Positions 34,473 to 39,642 of a DNA stretch of 39,642 bases are shown piece after piece. The notes below the pieces were generated by a model. That model did no database searches. It was not told the origin of the DNA and was given only the letters and a program-made list of their open reading frames with translations. The translations under genes and the position numbers were made by a program. The DNA is from a virus (Duplodnaviria; Caudoviricetes), in the IMG/VR virus record IMGVR_UViG_3300017648_000009, positions 1-39,642 of that record, one strand, 5' to 3'. Positions within the stretch are counted from its first letter, which is position 1. Each line of letters opens with the position of its first letter.

Positions 34473-34867
34473 CCGCGACGACTCACCTGCGCACCGTCTC
34501 GACGACCGTACACCCGCGTCGGCGCCCCAACATGTGGCGCACGCTCCGTCCCTACGCAGTCCGCGCTGGCTACACGACACAGGCGCAGCTGGCGCAGCAG
34601 CTCTGCATCACACGCGAGCATCTCTCTCGCATCTGTCGCGGCGCGGCGTGGTTCACCGAGCCAATGGAAGAGCACATCAGTCACCTGCTCCACCTCTCGC
34701 ATGAGGAACGTAACGCAGCGTTCGGGTATCCGGGCAGCAAGCCCTCATCTATGTCAAGTCGATCAGCAATGTTAGGAGCGACTGGTACGGGCGGCGTGTT
34801 GGCGCGCGTCGCGTCTGGATGCGGATCTGTTGGTTTGGGGCGTTCTGCCCGGAGCGCCGAACGATGA
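34469..34867 (+). CDS. Second XRE HTH protein (Cox/excisionase candidate) with low-complexity tail
   Basis: TQAQLAQQLCITREHLSRICRG HTH; ATGA coupling. Confidence 0.7.
   Translation: MTATTHLRTVSTTVHPRRRPNMWRTLRPYAVRAGYTTQAQLAQQLCITREHLSRICRGAAWFTEPMEEHISHLLHLSHEERNAAFGYPGSKPSSMSSRSAMLGATGTGGVLARVASGCGSVGLGRSARSAER
34778..34841 (+). ncRNA. Segment antisense to the int leader / tRNA trailer (putative trans-activating RNA)
   Basis: Degenerate copy of 31170-31235 with a 17-nt identical block; substitutions A>G and C>T only. Confidence 0.65.
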
Positions 34868-34916
34868 CCTCTGCATACTCCTCCCCTCACTCCACCCCAT
34901 CCCTGGCCCCGCTGGT

Positions 34917-35443
34917 GCCGGATGCCCGCCTCTCGGGCGATCCGGCCCAGCACGCAGCGCCTCGTCTGGAGAGTCCGGCTCCAGGTGGGACGCTGCGTGC
35001 TGGGGGAATCGAACCCACCCCCAGTGAATCCCGTGAGGCTGCTGGCGGCGCGCAGATATCCCCACTGCATGCCGTCAGCGATCAGCCGGTCAGGCACCGA
35101 GTCTGTTGCGAGATTCCGTGTGTACTGCCGTCCCTGGCAACGTCTGGCCGGCTGATCGCTGACGTATCGGCGGATGTCAGATGCCGGATTGGGAATAGCG
35201 TCAGCGCTGTACCGCGACATGGAGGTGTCCCATGTAAGCGACCAAATCCAAAACGTAGTGCATTTGAGATGTCCCTTGGGTCTGGCGTCGCCCTCGCCTG
35301 CGACGCCAGCGATCAGCCCACGGTGAGAAATACCGGGTTGCCCGTCTCCTGGTCGCATCGAACGGGCCGTGGGCTGATCGCTGGCGGTGTTGGTCAGCAT
35401 GGCGGCGCTCCTCTCTGCGAGACAGCGTCTCACGAGAGAGAGC
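34917..35443 (+). ncRNA. Large structured non-coding region in the early operon
   Basis: At least six stems of 10-21 bp, including two paralogous long hairpins (35073-35164, 35304-35386). Confidence 0.65.
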
Positions 35444-35475
35444 GGCAGAAATTAATTCCCGGAATGGAGGGAACT

Positions 35476-35814
35476 ATGGCGCGAGATGCCCGATTAGTGA
35501 CAGGCGCGATCGACGAATGTGTCGATGTCGTGGTGGTGGCTCAGGATGTCCGACTGCGCACGATCGCGCGGCTCGCTGACGGTGTGCTGACAGCAGACGA
35601 GCGAGCAGCGCAACTGGCCGACATGGATCTACTGATCACTGAAGCGCACCAGGCTGCGCGCGCGGTCACAGAAGTTGATCTCGCTGAGCGGTGGGCGATG
35701 GCGGCAATGACTGGCCGCATATCAACACTGCTCGCTGAGGACATCGAGCAGTTCGGTTCAACGCTGCCAACGGCAATTCCAGCAGGAGAGCCGATCGGGC
35801 TGGACGTGGTGTGA
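35476..35814 (+). CDS. Small regulatory protein, weakly CII(P2/186)-like
   Basis: GGAGGG SD before ATG 35476; LADGVLTADERA motif. Confidence 0.55.
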   Translation: MARDARLVTGAIDECVDVVVVAQDVRLRTIARLADGVLTADERAAQLADMDLLITEAHQAARAVTEVDLAERWAMAAMTGRISTLLAEDIEQFGSTLPTAIPAGEPIGLDVV

Positions 35815-35878
35815 CGGCCGGGTGAGAGCCGGTCGTCACGAGTATCCGATGTGTGTACGGATGAGGAGATTCTAACAG

Positions 35879-36523
35879 ATGAGCTTGAGTACCAGTACCA
35901 CCCACACACAGATCCACGAAACGTACCCCGGACCTGAGGCTGAACCGGTCGAGGTTCGCGTCGCTGATGCAGATACCTGGTCGGCTGTGCGCACATTCGG
36001 ACAGCAGATCGTTGCGTCGATCGACAAGCGCCGATCGACGCTGGATCACGTTCCTGGCATGGCCGTCTCAATGACTGCGTTCGTTGTGACATCGATCGAC
36101 GCACCGGAACATCGCCAGGGCGTGGTTGTAGCTCGCGAGAGCGGCGGTCATGTCTTCACCATCTGCAGCTGCATGAGCGCGCTTCTGCACCGCCCATGCT
36201 GGCACGCCGCGCTGGCGCTGGACGAGATCGATGCCTGGCCAGCCGACATGCCGCTACGAGATACGCCTGATCGCGTGGTGGCGGTGCGCACCGTCCTCGG
36301 GGAGCACCACAACGCCAGCCGCTGGCACTACGTCGTCGGCGATCTGGGCGACTACATCTCGGTCATGGTCGCTGGACGCATGGCAGCTCCGGCGGTCGAC
36401 GTTGCGATTCGTGACGCGCTGGATGCGCTCCGCTCGTACGGTGTCCGCTGCCGGAAGAGCCGCAATCGCCCGGTGGTCGAAGTCTCGATCACTGCGATGC
36501 AGGCGCTTGAGGCGGTGCGCTAA
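35879..36523 (+). CDS. SWIM-type Zn-finger protein
   Basis: CSC...PCWH; GAGGAG SD. Confidence 0.7.
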   Translation: MSLSTSTTHTQIHETYPGPEAEPVEVRVADADTWSAVRTFGQQIVASIDKRRSTLDHVPGMAVSMTAFVVTSIDAPEHRQGVVVARESGGHVFTICSCMSALLHRPCWHAALALDEIDAWPADMPLRDTPDRVVAVRTVLGEHHNASRWHYVVGDLGDYISVMVAGRMAAPAVDVAIRDALDALRSYGVRCRKSRNRPVVEVSITAMQALEAVR

Positions 36524-36930
36524 TGACGTGCAACGAACTGGCTGTCTCCTACTCATTGTCTGACGCGACGCCAAACGGCATCACGGTTCAGATCGACAAC
36601 CCCATGGTTGCTGAGACGATCGAGCACGTCGCTCGCGTGATGCGCGACTGCATGCCGTGGCCGCGCACAACAAACCATCTGGGCGTTGCGCTGACCGTCA
36701 CCAACATGGCGCGTGAGCGTGTTCCTGTTGGCACTGCCAGTGTTTGGACGAGCGAGCGTGTCCAGTTGCTCCGGACGGGATGTCAGGGGCTGTCCGGGTT
36801 GTCTGCACACCTGTCCGAGTTCCTCGAAGAGTTCGGATTCGATCCGTCCCGTCTCGACGAGGTTACGCATCTGCTGAATCTCGCCGACGCGATGATCCAG
36901 CACGAGCGTCGTGCGGCGGAGGTGGCGTGA
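36523..36930 (+). CDS. Hypothetical protein
   Basis: TAATG coupling, 135 aa. Confidence 0.7.
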   Translation: MTCNELAVSYSLSDATPNGITVQIDNPMVAETIEHVARVMRDCMPWPRTTNHLGVALTVTNMARERVPVGTASVWTSERVQLLRTGCQGLSGLSAHLSEFLEEFGFDPSRLDEVTHLLNLADAMIQHERRAAEVA

Positions 36931-37259
36931 TGGCGACGAAGACTCGTACGTGCCGCCTCTGCGACGGCGAGGGTTACATCTTGAACGACGGGGACACTCG
37001 CGATTGCCCGGCATGTTGCGGCGATGGTTATGAGTTCGCTGGCTACGTCTTCACTGCCGATTCGTGGCTGCACATTCCATCACAGGCGCGGTGGATCAAC
37101 CCGAACCAAGTCGCGCAGATCTACGGAACGCTCACGTTCGGCGTGTCACAGATCACCGGCTACGCAATCCACTTCGATGACATCAACACCGATGTGCTCA
37201 CCGTTGACGATCCCGACGACGTCGCCGCCGTCACGGCGTGGCTGGAGGCGCGGTCATGA
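36930..37259 (+). CDS. Protein with CxxCxGxG (DnaJ-type) Zn motifs
   Basis: CRLCDGEG..CPACCGDG; GGAGG SD. Confidence 0.7.
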   Translation: MATKTRTCRLCDGEGYILNDGDTRDCPACCGDGYEFAGYVFTADSWLHIPSQARWINPNQVAQIYGTLTFGVSQITGYAIHFDDINTDVLTVDDPDDVAAVTAWLEARS

Positions 37260-37534
37260 GCGAGATCGAACGGCTTGCCGAGCGCAAAGACGAGCTGATG
37301 ACGTTGATCGCCGCAGCCAACGAGCAAATCGAGTCCATTGAAGACGAGATCGAAACGCTTGAGTGGGACAAGGAGATTGCAGAGTCCACTTGTCGGACTC
37401 TGCAGAAGGAGTTAGACGAGATCGAGGCGAAGTCCGCCGAGCTGCTCAATGACTGGAACGTCGGTCTGCCAATCATTACTCCCGAGCAACGCATCGCCGC
37501 AGGGCAACTCCCACTGATCGGAGGGCTCCTGTGA
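37256..37534 (+). CDS. Acidic coiled-coil protein
   Basis: GGAGG SD; heptad pattern. Confidence 0.7.
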   Translation: MSEIERLAERKDELMTLIAAANEQIESIEDEIETLEWDKEIAESTCRTLQKELDEIEAKSAELLNDWNVGLPIITPEQRIAAGQLPLIGGLL

Positions 37535-38157
37535 CTGACGACATCCTCATCGCTGAGGCACCGTCCCGCGATCGCTCTCTGCCTGTCCCGCCTGCCGACG
37601 TGACACGCTGGATGGCTGACGAGTACAGCCGTTCGAGCGCGGAGCGGCTCTACGGCGGTCACGGCGAGAGCCTGCCGCTCCCGCTCCCGGCCGTCAGTGG
37701 GGCATCAGGGCAGCCGCCGATCCCACCGTCGCGGCCACCGACGGCCGTCAACCCTGACCCACGACACAAGGGCGGCCTGATGGTGCCTGCTGAGTACGTG
37801 CTTGCTGAGGGCGGCATCGCAAACGGCAAGGCGCTGACGCATCACGCCATCCTGCGCAACCCGGAGGCCGCGCATGCGATCGGCCTGCTCGCAGATTCCC
37901 GACCGGCCACGCTCGACGGCGTGGTCGCCAGCATCCAGCGCATCCGAGCTGAAAACGAACAGATCGACGCGTTGATCGGACGCACGCCGGAGCCGCCAAC
38001 GCCACCGGACCCTGCGCCGGAACCGCCGAGACCATCCACGCAGACAGCGCCACGCACGCTGCCGCGCGATCCGGTGGCGTTCACCGCCTGGACGATGACC
38101 GTCGTTGTCCTGATCTGGGCGGCCGTCCTGACCAGCATCACGGTCTGGGTCTACTGA
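37531..38157 (+). CDS. Pro-rich protein with C-terminal TM helix
   Basis: GGAGGG SD; hydrophobic C-terminus. Confidence 0.65.
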   Translation: MTDDILIAEAPSRDRSLPVPPADVTRWMADEYSRSSAERLYGGHGESLPLPLPAVSGASGQPPIPPSRPPTAVNPDPRHKGGLMVPAEYVLAEGGIANGKALTHHAILRNPEAAHAIGLLADSRPATLDGVVASIQRIRAENEQIDALIGRTPEPPTPPDPAPEPPRPSTQTAPRTLPRDPVAFTAWTMTVVVLIWAAVLTSITVWVY

Positions 38158-38170
38158 GAGGACCGCACCA

Positions 38171-38824
38171 ATGACTGAAGGATCGACGTTCGACCCGACC
38201 CGCTATCTGACGAAGGTGGGCGGCCGGGACTACTTAGAGGTGAAGTGGCGTCTCGTCTGGCTGCGCGCCCTCCATCCGGGCGCACGGGTGGTGACCAACC
38301 TGGTCGAGCACCGGCCGGGCGAGATGGCGGTGTTCGTTGCGACCGTGACGCTGCCGCCGACCGAGGTCGAGGAAACGGATCCGCTGACCGGCGAGATCGT
38401 GAAGCGCCAGTGGTCGCCGAGCGCAACCGGCTGGGGCAGCGAAGGCATCGACGACTTCGGCGACTACCTCGAAAAGGCCGAGACGAAGGCGCTGGGCCGT
38501 GCACTGGCGGCGCTGGGCTTCGGGACGCAGTTCTGCTGGGACTTCGAGTTCGGGGCCGATCAGCAGCGCGTCGTGGATGCGCCGACCGAGCTGCGCGGTG
38601 GCGACCGGCGCCCATCGTCAGGTGGGAACCGGATGGAGGCGACGCCGCGCCAGTTCAAGTACCTGCACGCCGTCGCGCGTGAGGTCGGGCTGTCGAATGA
38701 GGACATCGAAGCGCGATCACAACACGCGTTCGGGTGTGGCGTGGCCGAGCTGAACCGTCGCGACATCTCGCAGCTGATCGAACAGATTCAGGCCGAGCGC
38801 GGCGCGGCGAGTCTCGCGAACTAG
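38171..38824 (+). CDS. Rad52/Sak-like single-strand annealing protein
   Basis: DYLEVKWRLVWLR...EKAETKALGRALAALGFG; C-terminal ATPRQ.KYL helical domain. Confidence 0.75.
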   Translation: MTEGSTFDPTRYLTKVGGRDYLEVKWRLVWLRALHPGARVVTNLVEHRPGEMAVFVATVTLPPTEVEETDPLTGEIVKRQWSPSATGWGSEGIDDFGDYLEKAETKALGRALAALGFGTQFCWDFEFGADQQRVVDAPTELRGGDRRPSSGGNRMEATPRQFKYLHAVAREVGLSNEDIEARSQHAFGCGVAELNRRDISQLIEQIQAERGAASLAN

Positions 38825-38850
38825 GACGCAGGGGATGAGGGAGTAGCCGG

Positions 38851-39642
38851 GTGAAGTGGTTTCGCTTCTACACTGAAGTTCTGGATGATCCCAAGGTGCA
38901 GCTGCTGCCTGACCGGCTGTTCCGGTTGTGGGTGAATCTGCTGTGTCTCGCCAACGAAACCACGCCGCGCGGCACGCTCCCTGACCTGACCGCCATCGCG
39001 TTCCGGCTGCGGATCAGCGAACAGGACGCACAGGAGGCGCTCGACGAGTTCGGGCGTCGTGGGCTGATTGACATCGACGATGCCGGCACGTCATCGCCAC
39101 ACAACTGGGACTCCCGGCAGCGTCGATCTGACAGCTCTGCAGAGCGTGTAACGGCCTATCGCGAGCGCCAGCGCGCTACAGGTAACAGCACCAAAACCAA
39201 CGAACCTGTTACCAGTAACGACACGTCCGACAGCATGAATCATGACGGTAACGCTACACGTAACGCACCTGTAACGTTACAGGTAACACCCCCAGATATA
39301 GAGACAGATACAGAACCAGATCCAGAGGAGAAGACCGGCGCTGCGCGCCCGGTGCCAGCCGAGGACACGCCATTTTCGGTGTTCGAGGCGCTGATGGATC
39401 TGGTTGGCGCGCCGGGGCGGAAGCCACCGTCTCCGGCCTGGAGAGACAAACAGCTCGGGATCGCCAAACGGCTGTTGGAGCAGGGCCACGGCACGGCGCA
39501 GGTGCGCAAGTGCATCGCTTTCATGCAATCGCAGTCCTGGCGCGGCAGTCCGATCGATCTCGGGCAGGTTGAGCGAGTGATCGACGCATGGGAGGTCTCA
39601 GGTGAACCAGAACGCGACACATCACGAGGCAGATCGACACGA
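38851..39642 (+). CDS. Phage replication initiator / replisome organizer (3' truncated)
   Basis: GTG start; KWFRFYTEVLDDPKV..LWVNLLCLA..HNWDSRQ..SAERVTAYRERQ; runs off the window. Confidence 0.85.
   Translation, partial: MKWFRFYTEVLDDPKVQLLPDRLFRLWVNLLCLANETTPRGTLPDLTAIAFRLRISEQDAQEALDEFGRRGLIDIDDAGTSSPHNWDSRQRRSDSSAERVTAYRERQRATGNSTKTNEPVTSNDTSDSMNHDGNATRNAPVTLQVTPPDIETDTEPDPEEKTGAARPVPAEDTPFSVFEALMDLVGAPGRKPPSPAWRDKQLGIAKRLLEQGHGTAQVRKCIAFMQSQSWRGSPIDLGQVERVIDAWEVSGEPERDTSRGRSTR
39148..39287. repeat. Replication origin iterons (GTAAC/GTTAC)
   Basis: Nine GTAAC/GTTAC copies in 140 bp, including the palindrome ACCTGTAACGTTACAGGT (39267-39284), inside the initiator gene. Confidence 0.75.

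Noticed and set aside
34990-35060. Minus-strand tRNA gene around GGGTTCGATTCCC
   Set aside because: Acceptor and T stems have mismatches and no anticodon arm can be built
35125-35136. 12-nt complementarity (CTGCCGTCCCTG) between the hairpin A interior and the tRNA-like element at 7559-7570
   Set aside because: The same word also occurs at 12707-12719 inside a coding region, so a chance match in GC-rich DNA cannot be excluded
35073-35386. CRISPR mini-array
   Set aside because: The repeats are inverted arms of two hairpins, not direct repeats with regular spacers; no cas genes
34819-35475. N-terminal extension of the 331-aa ORF (and antisense ORF 34681-35433)
   Set aside because: Composition is not protein-like, the region is dense in stems, and a strong SD precedes ATG 35476

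Overview
Near-complete, circularly permuted genome of a temperate siphovirus-type phage (GC-rich, with lower-GC accessory genes), most likely infecting Chloroflexota (Thermomicrobiales/Chloroflexia-like). The host call rests on a Chloroflexi-type cell-surface domain in the endolysin and in a secreted nuclease, and on an AGAAC-N4-GTTCT LexA box. Gene order: end of the early region (HNH, VRR-NUC), late regulator, terminase, portal, head, neck, tail, tape measure, baseplate, lysis, an accessory block (DUF6173-like, Fic toxin-antitoxin, secreted thermonuclease, SOS-controlled small gene), tyrosine integrase, intact attP (3' half of tRNA-Thr GGT), a second nuclease, lipoprotein, ImmA/ImmR-type immunity switch, cro-like genes, a ~530 nt highly structured non-coding region, early genes, a Rad52/Sak-like recombinase and a truncated replication initiator with iterons. 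The most notable signal is a ~65 nt segment of the early lytic transcript (34778-34841) that is complementary to the integrase 5' leader. All aligned substitutions are G-U compatible, and it covers the anti-SD arm of a hairpin that hides the int ribosome-binding site but not the SD itself, suggesting a natural trans-acting toehold activator of integrase translation. Also seen: a lambda pR'/Q-like late control element, a tRNA-minihelix element before the scaffold gene, and an in-frame internal start in the endolysin. All calls were made by eye from the sequence; no searches or folding programs were run.
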